Shown one piece after another: positions 20,576 through 31,400 of a stretch of DNA of 64,000 nucleotides. The position numbers and the translations under genes are program-made. Under the pieces are notes generated by a model that saw nothing but the letters and a program-made list of their open reading frames with translations, was not told where the DNA came from and searched no databases. The stretch's first letter is position 1. The number at the start of each line of letters is the position of its first letter. Source of the DNA: Candidatus Multivoradales bacterium (GTDB lineage: Bacteria; Acidobacteriota; Thermoanaerobaculia; Multivoradales; Multivoraceae); NCBI GenBank assembly GCA_965223325.1, contig CBDCWI010000002.1, positions 2,880,001-2,944,000 on the forward strand, in the 5' to 3' direction.

Positions 20576-21937
20576 GTGAAGATTGATTCCACCCACCAAA
20601 CTGATGTTCGCGCCCCAACCCATGCCACGGAAGCCTCCTCATCCTCCACCGAGGTGGCCACCGCCCAACGTGCGGCCATCGACGAATACGCCCCGACTTC
20701 GCCTTCCCTGTTCGCGACCACAGCACGGTCCGCCGGTGGGCCGCCGCGGCGGGCCTTTCACATCGTAGCCGAGGGCGAAACGCTCTATGGTCTCTCGAAG
20801 CGCTACGGCGTGACGGTCGATCAGCTGAAGAGGTTCAACGGAATCTCCTCCGACTCTCTCCAGCCCAACACGCGTATCGGCATTCCGGGCCACGTAGAGG
20901 TCACTGTGCGGCCGGGTGAGACGCTCTACTCCATCGCCCAGAGGTACGGCACCACCGCAGCGGAACTAGCCAAGAAGAACGGTCTCCGCGAGCAAGACCT
21001 GCAGGCCCACCAGACCCTTATCGTTCCCGGCCGACTCGGACCGGTCGACCTGAAAGTCCGCGAAGGCCTGCACGTCGTCCAGGACGGCGAGTACCTGCGC
21101 GCCATCGCAGCGCGCTACAACGTCTCGGTCGAAGCGTTCATTCGCGTCAATCCTTCTCTGCAGAAGTCCACCGTGCTGCGCCGCGGCCAGAAGCTCCAGA
21201 TCCCCGGACGCCTGTGGGCCAATACCGACGACCCGATCGAGAAACCCACGGAAAAGCCCACCCGGCCCGTCGATCCTCGACCAGCGGTTCTCGAAGTCGG
21301 CGCCTGGATCGACGGTCGCTCCGATTCGATTCTGGGTCGGGCTCTCGGCGAGATGATCGCCGAAGATCCCTCGATCGCTCCCCAGCTGCTGCGCCAAATC
21401 GAACCCGCGCTCGACACCGGCACCATGAAGGCCTATCGGGCGCTCAACTCCGACCTCAACGAGTTGGCCGCCGGTCTAGAGCCCGAACTCGAGTCAGCCA
21501 CGGCGCTCTACGCACGTCGGTTCCGCAACACGGATCCGCGCATCGGCTTCCTTCTGTTCATGACAGGTCGCGCGTTGCCAACCCGAATGGCCGGGAAGGG
21601 CGACATGATCAAAGCCATCATGCAGTCGCACGCAGGGGCACTCGAGCGCGACCTCCAGGAAATGGCCGCAATGGTCGGCGATCCACCCTTCGGCTTTGAG
21701 CAGGTCTACGAGAACATCACCAACGACGCCGCCTGGGTCACCAACAACGCCATCGAGCAGCTGGACCTCACGCCAGAACAGCGCGAACTGTTCGCCGAGA
21801 AGGTCAACAGCGCGGTCGCCCAGCGCTATGTCGAGATCCTCCATGAAGCCGTGCCCGATGTCGGACCGGACCTCCAGCGGCTGCTCGAGCACGCCCTCAT
21901 CAAGAAGCAGATCAGCAACCTGATCAAGTTCCCGTAG
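20576..21937 (+). CDS. Three-LysM-domain protein with uncharacterised helical C-terminal domain
   Basis: Three repeats of the form HxVxxGETLxxIAxRYG...N....L......L.IP; GGAG RBS before GTG 20576. Confidence 0.85.
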   Translation: MKIDSTHQTDVRAPTHATEASSSSTEVATAQRAAIDEYAPTSPSLFATTARSAGGPPRRAFHIVAEGETLYGLSKRYGVTVDQLKRFNGISSDSLQPNTRIGIPGHVEVTVRPGETLYSIAQRYGTTAAELAKKNGLREQDLQAHQTLIVPGRLGPVDLKVREGLHVVQDGEYLRAIAARYNVSVEAFIRVNPSLQKSTVLRRGQKLQIPGRLWANTDDPIEKPTEKPTRPVDPRPAVLEVGAWIDGRSDSILGRALGEMIAEDPSIAPQLLRQIEPALDTGTMKAYRALNSDLNELAAGLEPELESATALYARRFRNTDPRIGFLLFMTGRALPTRMAGKGDMIKAIMQSHAGALERDLQEMAAMVGDPPFGFEQVYENITNDAAWVTNNAIEQLDLTPEQRELFAEKVNSAVAQRYVEILHEAVPDVGPDLQRLLEHALIKKQISNLIKFP

Positions 21938-22064
21938 CTCTTCCAGGAAGGTTGGAGCCGAAGAGTCTTGAGAGGCTCCGGGCACCTCGGTAGCCCAAAG
22001 GGTCGGATCCGGACTACCATGCCTGGACTCTGACCCCCACCTTCAGAACGAGGAGAGAACCGGA

Positions 22065-22346
22065 ATGAAAGCCATCATCGCAAAGATTCCGATCCAGGAC
22101 GGAAAAGAAGAAGAGTTCGAAGCCTTCGCTAAGGAACTCGCCTCCAAGGTGCGCGAAAACGAGCCCGGCAATGAGATGTACACCCTCTGCAAGACCAGCG
22201 AGGGTGAGTACTACTTCATGGAGCTCTACCAGGACGACGCCGCGATTGCAGCTCACCGCGAGACCGAGCACATGAAAGCCGCCGGCCCGAAGTTCGTCGA
22301 AGTCATGGCCGGCAAGCCCGAGATCACCGTCCTCGACGTCGTCTAG
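22065..22346 (+). CDS. Antibiotic biosynthesis monooxygenase (ABM)/putative quinol monooxygenase
   Basis: GKEEEF..VRENEPG..Y..FMELY..AIAAHRETEH; AGGAG RBS. Confidence 0.9.
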   Translation: MKAIIAKIPIQDGKEEEFEAFAKELASKVRENEPGNEMYTLCKTSEGEYYFMELYQDDAAIAAHRETEHMKAAGPKFVEVMAGKPEITVLDVV

Positions 22347-22427
22347 TACCCCGTACCATTGAACCGCACAGCGTCTGAGCGTTCCTCGCACTCAGCCACT
22401 ATCCGTTCCAATGGTACGGGGTACTAG
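22343..22427. mobile_element. MITE-like element with 19-bp perfect terminal inverted repeats including CTAG
   Basis: ctagtaccccgtaccattg (22343-22361) and caatggtacggggtactag (22409-22427); the left CTAG contains the ABM stop codon. Confidence 0.7.
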
Positions 22428-22460
22428 GGGTCAGGGTGGCCGGTGTCTCGAGCTAGCCTC

Positions 22461-22727
22461 CTAGATGCCCATCGCGCTCAGGCGCTCGATCAGGTCGCGC
22501 GCGGCCCGAGCGAGGGTTGGATGCTCGGCTTCGAAAGTCGCGGCAAGACTCTCGAGACGCGAGGCCAGACCACCCTCTTCCCCTTCGTGCTCAATCGCCT
22601 CCTCGAGGCGATCGATATCTTCGTGCACGGTGGCCAGCAGGCTGCGCACGTCGTGATCGGGGTGCTCGAGGGTAGTGAGCTCCCCGTGGAGCTTCTTCAA
22701 GTGTTCGACTAGCTCATCATGGTTCAT
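22461..22727 (-). CDS. DUF4404-like small helical protein
   Basis: L..LH.EL...LL..V..DI...RLE..A..FEAEHPTLA...LSAMGI pattern; GGAAG RBS. Confidence 0.8.
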   Translation of the reverse strand: MNHDELVEHLKKLHGELTTLEHPDHDVRSLLATVHEDIDRLEEAIEHEGEEGGLASRLESLAATFEAEHPTLARAARDLIERLSAMGI

Positions 22728-22818
22728 CGTCTCTTCCTTCAGGCGGCCCTAGGCCGCGCCCCGATTGCCGGCGCACCGCACAACAGGGATCTTAGCCGCC
22801 GTCGCTTCGCAGTAGGCG

Positions 22819-23361
22819 CTAGCGAACCCGCACTTCTGCCACTGCCACCTCGCTCTGCTGTTGCGCCCCCGCCTCGCCAATCGGTCGCCCAACGGCAGAC
22901 GGGACCTTCGAGACCGAAAGCTCGTAGGTGCCCGGCCGGATTGGGACGAAGCTGAAGCGTGCCGCAGCGGCCTCGTCGCATTCGATGGCATGAAAGAAGA
23001 GCCCCTGCATATGGATCTCGACGTCACCGACACTGACCAGGCGCAGGTGGACATTGCGCAGCAGCTCGGGAAGCTCGATTCGCCAGCCGTCGAGATCGTC
23101 CTCAACGTCCGGGCATGACACCGTGATGCGGTAGTAGCCACCAGTCACCAGCTCGAAGGACGCCTGTGACAACTCGGGCCGCCCGCTCTCGCCCTTCTGG
23201 ATCTCGAGCGTCAGGTCCCGGGGCGGGTACTTGGCAAGGTTGCCGCCCACCTGCGCGTTGGTTGGCACCATCGCAACAGCGGACGGTGCCGCCAGGAGGG
23301 AGATCGCCAGGAGGGCGGCGCAGGGGACGATCGGTCGCCAGGCGAGTCTTCTGTGGTTCAT
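22819..23361 (-). CDS. Secreted cupredoxin-like protein (resembles MSMEG_3727 PQQ-associated family)
   Basis: Signal peptide; FELVTGGYY..PELLRN..VEI...IECDE....FSFVPIRPGTY. Family assignment is from recalled resemblance. Confidence 0.6.
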   Translation of the reverse strand: MNHRRLAWRPIVPCAALLAISLLAAPSAVAMVPTNAQVGGNLAKYPPRDLTLEIQKGESGRPELSQASFELVTGGYYRITVSCPDVEDDLDGWRIELPELLRNVHLRLVSVGDVEIHMQGLFFHAIECDEAAAARFSFVPIRPGTYELSVSKVPSAVGRPIGEAGAQQQSEVAVAEVRVR

Positions 23362-23527
23362 GCGGGTCAGTCTACAGACCCGGGCCCCACGTCAGCCGCG
23401 AATCGTGGTCCAGCCCGACCTGCGGGATCCTCGACGTTCCGACCCGTTTCATGTCGAAATCGCATGGCAGGGACGCAGAGTCATCGCAAAGTACGAGAAA
23501 TCATCAAGGCAGGAGTATGATCCTCCG

Positions 23528-25384
23528 ATGGTCGATCCGCAGAGGACTCACAAGGTAGACGCTGAGGGGCACCTGCTCGCTCGCCACCGCTCGGAGGGTG
23601 TACCGCTTTCGGAGCGCGAAGACCGCCGTGAGCTCACCACGCAACGGCTACCACTCTTGCGCCTGAGTGACGACAAAGGCCTGGGAATCCCGGAGCGCTA
23701 CCGGGTCGCCGGCGAGAAAGTACGCGTGATCACCTGTGTCGAGGCGCCAACCCTCGAGGTCCGTATTCAACGCGGGCTCTCACTGACCGCTTCGGCTGCG
23801 CGCAGCGCCGCCCCCGGCAGAATCTACCTCGACGGGGTTGCCCAGTTGCCGCCACTCGCCGAGGCGGAGAATGGCCTTCTCAACCTCGACCACCACGAGG
23901 GTTGCATTCGAACCTTCACCTTGTCGACCTGCGAGCAGGCCTATCTGGTGGTCGCCAAGGGCCTCGACCTGCAGAGTCGCGACTGGCAGATCGTCGCCAA
24001 CGAACCCGACCTCGACACGTTGCTCGCCATCTGGGTGCTGCTCAACCATCGCCGCATCAGGAAAGCCCCGCTCGAGCTGCTCGACAAGCTGATCCCAATG
24101 CTGCGCCTCGAGGGTGCAATCGACGTCCACGGCTTCGACATGCGCCACTTCTGCGGCTTCTCCACCGAAGTCGAGAACGCCGCCTTCGCACTGCTCGAGC
24201 ATGTGCGCCGCGCCGAAGCCGACCTCAAGCAGGAAGGTGAGTGGGTGACCACCGACCCGGTCGACTACACGCTGGCGCAGCTCCAGGTCCTCGACCGGCT
24301 GCTCTACAGCCACGAAGACTTCGCTGACACCCTCCAGGTCGAGGAGCTGACGCGCGCCGAGCTACCCGAGGGGCGGCTGGCGATCGGCTGCCGCTCGGAA
24401 GTTGGCATCTACCGTGTCGAACAGAGCCTGCGCGAGATCTATGGCGATCGTTTGTCGGTGATTGCACTGCTCAAAGACGACAACTCCTACACCCTAAGAC
24501 AGCTCGCCTCGTTTGCGCGCTCTGACCTCGACCGCGTCTACGAGCGCTTGAACCTGCAGGATGACGCGGCCGGCAACAGCGCGTCGCCGGAACGGTGGGG
24601 CGGCTCTTCTGACATCGGCGGTTCGCCACGCGGCCGCGGCACCAGGCTTTCCATGCAGGCGGTCGTCGAGGCCTGCTCGCAGGCGGCACGCCCGATCACT
24701 GGCCTGCGAGGTCTGGGGACCTTCGTCGGCCACTGGGCCGCCGCTGGTGCCTGCTGGGCACTGGCAGCGCTGCCGTTTCAGGTCATCGACAGCGCCGCGT
24801 CTTCGGCCCAGGCGCTACGAGCGCAGGCCCTCTCGGCGCTCTTGCTCCTGCTCGGCACGGTCGCCATCGCTGCTCCGCGCTGGGCAGGCCGCGGTTTCTT
24901 TGGCCTGCGTGCACCGCGCGGCTATCGCTGGGCGGCGGCAGTTCCGGTCGCCATCCTCGCCGCACTCCTCGGTGCATCCTGGACGCCGGCGGCCTTTGAC
25001 TCTGCCGACGCCGGTATCGAACGCTGGCCATGGCTCGCCTCAGCGATCGCGCTGGCGATCGGGGCCGAGACTCTGTTCCGGGGCTTCGTCCACGGCGGCC
25101 TCTTGCAGCTCTGGGCCGGCCACAAGACGCGCTGGTGGACGAGCCCGCGCAACCAGACTGCTTTGATCTATGCCTTCTGGACTGCAATGCCCCTGCTCGG
25201 CCTGGCCCGCGGTTTTGCACCCGCGACGCCACTCTGGCCGGCGCTCGCAACGGTCTTTGTTGCCGCTCTGGCCTTCGGATTGACCCTCGGTCTCATGCGC
25301 GAGCGTTCCGAGAGCCTGCTTCCACCGGCCCTGGTCCACGCCGCTGCCGCGGCGATGATGTGGTGGGTCAGCGGCACGCTCTGA
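23528..25384 (+). CDS. DHH-like domain fused to a degenerate CPBP/CAAX-protease-like membrane domain
   Basis: IYLDG, NLDHH, NEPDLD, WGGSSDIGGSPR in the soluble part; C-terminal TMs with AETLFRG and RERSESLLPPALVH. TATGAT lies 6 nt before ATG 23528. Confidence 0.7.
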   Translation: MVDPQRTHKVDAEGHLLARHRSEGVPLSEREDRRELTTQRLPLLRLSDDKGLGIPERYRVAGEKVRVITCVEAPTLEVRIQRGLSLTASAARSAAPGRIYLDGVAQLPPLAEAENGLLNLDHHEGCIRTFTLSTCEQAYLVVAKGLDLQSRDWQIVANEPDLDTLLAIWVLLNHRRIRKAPLELLDKLIPMLRLEGAIDVHGFDMRHFCGFSTEVENAAFALLEHVRRAEADLKQEGEWVTTDPVDYTLAQLQVLDRLLYSHEDFADTLQVEELTRAELPEGRLAIGCRSEVGIYRVEQSLREIYGDRLSVIALLKDDNSYTLRQLASFARSDLDRVYERLNLQDDAAGNSASPERWGGSSDIGGSPRGRGTRLSMQAVVEACSQAARPITGLRGLGTFVGHWAAAGACWALAALPFQVIDSAASSAQALRAQALSALLLLLGTVAIAAPRWAGRGFFGLRAPRGYRWAAAVPVAILAALLGASWTPAAFDSADAGIERWPWLASAIALAIGAETLFRGFVHGGLLQLWAGHKTRWWTSPRNQTALIYAFWTAMPLLGLARGFAPATPLWPALATVFVAALAFGLTLGLMRERSESLLPPALVHAAAAAMMWWVSGTL

Positions 25385-25406
25385 GTAGCCCCCGCCACCC
25401 GCAGTT

Positions 25407-28400
25407 CTACTCTCCGCCCCGGACTAGCACTCCGGCCTCAGCGCCATTGGCGCGCACCTCGGGGACATACATCGCCTCGACGATCGTCGGCAGACCGTGG
25501 AAGGTCCCCGGGGTCTCAGCCCGCAGCTCGTAGGTCAGGCGCCAGGTACCCTGCTCGATCGAATCGATGAAGTGCACGACCTTCTGGTCACGCAACTCGC
25601 GGTGCACGTAGCGACGTGAGCCCCAGGTTCCACGGCGACGGTTCTTCGAATCGACGCGCTCGATCCACGCTCTCCCACCGCTGCGGAGCTCGACAGACTC
25701 GAAACCCGCCGGCTTCCAGTCGTCAACGATCAGGTACTCGAAATCGTTCGAAGCCTCGATCTCGACGGTGACGGCAATGCGATCGCCGCTCTCGACGCGG
25801 TCTCCAGGAGCGAGCGGCTCGTCTTCCCACACCACGCCTTCGAGCAACGTCGGGCGGGCGACTTTCCTGGCCCAGGCGCGCTTGACAGCGACCTCTGAGG
25901 AGGCTGGAGGAATCGGTTCCTCGAGCGAGAAGAAGCGCGCCTCGACACCGAGGTAGAGCGGCCCGACGCCGGTGGTGCGGCGAATCTCGACGGTGTTCGT
26001 GCCGTCTTGAAGGGCCGAGCTCGGAACCACGACGCGCGTCGGAGCAGACAAAAGCTCGTTGCCCGAGAGCGTGTGTTCGGCGAGGACTTCTCCACCGACG
26101 ACCACCTGCCAACCGACTGTCTGAGACAGCTCGCCGCGGGCCTCGAGCCAGGCGTCGAGGGCGATCACCGCGATAGCAGTGTCGCGTGTGTTGTTCCACT
26201 GCGCACCACGGCGGTTCTGGACCAGCCAACGCATCGCCGCTTCAGCGAGCGGATTCTCGGAGTCGATCGCCACCAGGGCCTGGAGAACAAAGGCTGTGGC
26301 CTCAACGGCGCCCTCGGACCAGTGCCACCAGCCAGAGCGCGATCCCCAGTGCGCGGTCTCATAGCCGGCCAGGCTGGTCTTCACCACACCATCGGAGAGG
26401 TTACGCACCAACACGTCGGCGCGCTGGTCGTCGCCGAAGCGCTTGGCGCTGATCGCGACGAGCGCGAGCCCGTAGGGTGTCAGACCGCCGCGCCCGTTCC
26501 ACAGGTCTTCCATGGCGCGCACCAGCCGGGCATCGCGCTCGGCCACTTCTTCGTCCCAGGCAGACAGAGCGTGCACCATGAACGCCTGCCGCACTGGCCG
26601 CGCCTGTTCCTCGACCAGACGATCGCGGAGGAACTCGCGGGCTCCTCGGATGTTCACGCCTTCTAAGTCAACACCAGCCTCATCCGCCAACGCCAGCGTC
26701 CACACTGCATAGGCCGTCATCCAGGGGTCTGCATCGCCACCCGACCACCAACCCCAGGCGCCATCGGTACGTTGGAGTTCGAGCAGCCGCGCCAGGCCCT
26801 CGGAAACCACGTCATCGAGCTTCTCGCTCGGTTGCTTCTGCGGGTTGTCCGCCGCCCAGGATGCGCTCGTGCCACCAAACGACCGCGCCAGAACCTCTTC
26901 GCGTTCGAGCCCGAGGCGTTCCAGGGTTCTAGCCGTCACCACCGTCGGCATGAAGCGCGAAAGCGTCTGTTCGACGCACCCGTAGGGGTAGTCGATGAGA
27001 TACGGCAGGGCGTCTAGTACGGTAACTGCCAGGCTCGGCGCTACTTGGACCGTGACACCCGTGGAGCCATCCCGCCGTGGCGGGAGGTCGAAGCGAAGAG
27101 TCGTCCCATCGTCGCCGCGGCGTAGCAGACCCTGGTCCGTAACCAGCTTCTCGATCCCGTGCTCGACGACCGGAATCCCGAGTTGCATCGCATCGGAAAG
27201 CTCAGCCGAGCGGACGACCGCGGTGACCGCAGCATCGCCGAAGATCTCCGCGTCGATCTCGAAATCGACCCGCGTGTCGCCCGGAGAGAGAGCGACACCT
27301 TGCTGCCCAGTGAGGGCTCCATCCAAGAACCGCAGGGCGTCACCCTCAATCTCGAGATCAACCGTCGCCTCGAGTGTTCGCTCCGTCGCATTGTGAACGA
27401 CGACAGCCAGCGTGGCGCGGTCACCAACCACCAAAAAACGTGGTGTCTGAAGGCGCACCAGGAGATCCTTCTTCGTGCGCACAAAAGTCTCACCCTGGCC
27501 GAATCGATCGGCAGCCGTCGCGGCGACCGCGCGGGCGCGCCAACGAGTGAGGGTCTCGGGATAGTTGACTGTGGCGCGCGCCAGGCCGTTCGTCCCGGTC
27601 GTGAGATCTGGAATCCAGAGCGCCGTGGCGCGAAAGTCGGTGCGCACCACAACGTCGCCTGCACCGGAGTCACCGCCGGGAGGCGCCGGCGCTGCCATCT
27701 TGCGAGCCACAGGTGCCTCCGATACCGCAAGAGAATGGACCGACATGGCTGCTTCCCCGGCCGTGTCGGCCAGCATGTCCAGACTCTGTCCCGCTGAAAG
27801 GTCATGGTCGCGACGCTCCTTCTGCTCCCTCATCAACTCGGGATGAAAGAAGTTGAGCGACTGGAACGATCCACTGGTTCTCACCGCATGAGCGCGACTC
27901 TCGCCCCAGAAGCGAGCCCGCGGATCGGGCGCCAGGTCTTCCTGAATCGCCAGGACCGCCTCGTCAATCACCGCGAGCGAGATCTCTGCATCGACAGGGT
28001 TACCGTCCTCGTCGAAGGCCTCGACCAGAACCTCGCCTTCCTCAGCCGGACCGATTTCCTCGAGGCCCAGAGAAACACGAACATCGAGCTGCCCACCGCT
28101 AGGTGCCACCCGCACGGCCTCCTGGTCCAGGTGAGTCTGGAGGTCGAATACGGTCGCCGCCGCCAGAACGATGTTCGGTACGTGCAGTCGCTCGAGAGGA
28201 ATCTCGAGGAAGTGGGCCTCACCGCCGAGCTTCAGGACCTGGAGCTGATAGAGGGCTTCGCCCTCCACCGAGAACAGGGCCCAACGCCCGGAGACAGGTG
28301 CCGAGATCATGACCGGAAGGACACTGCCCGCCTCACCGAAGCTCTGGCCAGTGACAACTCGAATCCCACCGTGTCGCCACCCGAGATCAGTGACCTGGCC

Positions 28401-31400
28401 GCTTCCGACCCAGACCTGTGTCTCGGCCTCGACCGGAGCAGCCGCTTCAGAATCGTCCCGGTAGGTCGCGACGTAGAAGCCGTCATTGGTGGGTGTGAAG
28501 CGGAAACTGCCAAGGCCGCTGTCGCTGGAGGCGATCGTTGTCGTCAGGATCTCCTCCTCACGCCACGTGCCCTTCAAGACGACCCAATCACGCGGCAGGG
28601 GCTCTTTCTGACGCCTCGAGCGCGCAACCTGCCCAGCAGGCACCGGACGCCCCTTCGCGTCGACGACCTTCTCCTCCCAGTAGCGACGAACCACGCGCAG
28701 CGAACCCGAAGCCTCGACTGGCTGTTGGTCGACGGTTCGCGTCCGAAGCTCCACCTCGACCTCGTCATCGGGCTGGTACAGCCTTTGCGTCGCGCGCAGG
28801 TTGGCCTCGTAGGCCTGGGTCGCCAGCCGGACGGTTGCCTTGCCAACCACCTCGCGGCGCGAACTGTCACGCACCCGTGCTTCGACCTCGAGCTCCCAGG
28901 CTGCCGTCTCGATCGGAGTGCCATCGGTTGCAACTACAAAACGAGCCTCGCCGTTCTCGTCGGCGAAGAGCGTGGCATTGTGAATCACCTCACCACCGCC
29001 TCCTCCATGGAAGCGGCCATTGCCCGTTGACGACGACTCCTCGAGCCAGGCCGGCCGCTCTGGATCGAAGTCCGGACCCCACCAGGTTGGATACCAGGGG
29101 CGCCTGCGCACGAGGACCTCAACCTCGGCACCCTCTACCGGACCGCCAAAGTAGAACTCCGAGGACACGATCACCTCGACCGGCTGGCCGACACGTGGTG
29201 AACGGCCTGGCTCGGTCTCGCCCGGGGTCTCGTCGTCGCGCACCGGCCGAGCAGTCGCCGTCACCCGTATCTCGGGCAGCTTGTACTCCTCGAGGCGAAA
29301 CAGTTCGGTGCGACCGAGGAGCCGCTCACCGATCTTGAACTCGATGGAGTAGGTACCGAGCACGGCACGTTTCTCGAGCTCGAGCTCTCCCCACAAACTG
29401 CCGAAGGCGTTGAGTTCTCCCGTGCCTTCCGCCACCTGCTCGCCCCTCGGATCAAGCAACGTCCAGAGGAGTGCGGTTCCTGCGGGCGTCTCCCACGACC
29501 CGTCCCCGCGCGAGCGCTCACGCACCATCGCCTTCCAATGGATCTGGTCTCCCGGCCGGTAGGCGGGCCGGTCCGAGAAGGCGTGCACTCTCCAACTGGC
29601 TCGGTGACCGCGGCCGCTCGACCAGAGGTGCACGAACGAAGGACCATGCTCGTGACCTACCAACACCGAAAGGCGCCGCCCGTCCCCCTGGGTCTCGAAC
29701 CGCACCAGGCCATCTCCATTGGTACGCCCGCTCTGGGTTTGCGGCGCAGGGTTCCGGTTTCTCCTACCGCGGTCGGAGTAGACCTCGACGCCAGCACCCT
29801 CGAGCGGTGAGCCGGTCTCCGCATCGACGACCCAGACCGCCAGGCCTCCCGGCGAGGCCTTGGTGATCACCGATGTTCTGGTGACCCAGAGGAGGCCACG
29901 CGCATCGAACCCACCGTCATGCGCCTGTACGAGATAGAGGCCGGCGGAGAGACCGTCGAACTCGACCAGCGAACGCCCCGGCTCGTGGCTCTCCCAGCCG
30001 ACGGTTTCGATGCGCGCCCTCTGCACGACCTCGAGCTGATCGACGCGAAAGTCGCGGTACCAGTTCAGCGGGCTGCCGACGCCGCCGCCCGAAAGGTTCT
30101 GAAAGGTCGTCATCAGGCTCTGGTCGTCGGACGCATCGAGGCGGTACAGGCGAAGCTCGAAGCTCTCCAGGTTGCGCCATTCCACGAAGAGCTCGATCGG
30201 CTGATCGGGCAGGAACGCGTGGTGGATCTGAACGTCGAGCGCCGCCTGGGTCAAGCTCTGAATCAGCGACTGCGCCTGACGGTAGTAGGCGCTCTCTCCT
30301 TCGCTGAACTCGCTGACGATGCGACCGAGGACGGCAAGCGCTCCGACCAGGTCAGGACGTTGGCGGGTGCCGCCATCGGTGCGCTCGAGCCGACCGCTCC
30401 TTGCCAACCACTGGGCGTATTGCATCAAGGCATGGTCGTGCCCACGGTTCTCTCGGCGCACACCGTCCCGGCCGCTGACATAACGGCCGCTGGCGATCGC
30501 TTCTTCGAAGGCATCTCGGCAGGCGTCGTGAAAGCGTGGTTGCGATCCAAGTCGCGCTAGAGCAAGCGCATAAAGCAACGAGGCGTGCGTCCGGTCCGGA
30601 GGATCCACCGCGATGCGTGCCGCGTTCTCGGCGATCTCGAGCGGCAGGCGATCGACCCAGAAGGATCTCACCACAGATCCGCGTCGAACCACTCCCGCTT
30701 CCCAATCGCTGGCTCGAAACACGATGTCGAGATAGCGTCGTCGCGCCTCGTCGAGATTCTGCCAACCGGCAAGCCGGTCGAGCGCCGCGGAGTAGTACTC
30801 CCAGGCCCTGTTTGGATCACGGTCCCACTCACTCACCCAGAACGCATCGCCCGCAGCTTCTTCGAGGGTGGCCAGGCTCGGGCCCAGATCGATGACCTGT
30901 GCGGTCGGAAACCTCGGGCCCAGCTCCGGCGGCTCGAGCTCAGCTGGTTCACGAACGTCTCCTGGCGCACCCGATTCCGCCGCGCGCTCGAGCACCCGCA
31001 GCAGATCGACGACCTCCCGCTGGAGCGCCTCATAGTCGTCGTCATCGCTCCGGCCGGCAGCGCCGAGCCGAGCCTGTAGGCGGCGAAGCGTCAGCCAACG
31101 CCGTTGGCCTTCTGATGCCGGACCCGTCGGAAGACTGGTCAACAACTCGGCGTATGTCGTTGCGCTCTGCGCAAACGAACCTTCGAACAACAGCCGCTCC
31201 GCGCGCTGCCAGTCTGGGGGGAGGTTGTCGTCGATCATGGGTTCTTGTCCTGCTTGTGAGAATCCGGCGAAGGGAGGAGCCGTTTGAATCGGATTCACCG
31301 GTGGACTGCCGACGGTCGCGCTCCGGCCCGGCAGGACTGGCTCTGTCGCACCGCTCAGCAGGGTCGAAACCGCCACAGAAAGGAAGAGGAGCACCGAGGC

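Noticed and set aside
23231-23527. N-terminal extension of the 717-aa ORF (similarly the extensions of icd, sucC, SRAP, PaaI and rarA)
   Set aside because: They overlap neighbouring genes or promoters. Downstream starts have an RBS or -10 element and the family-typical N-termini.
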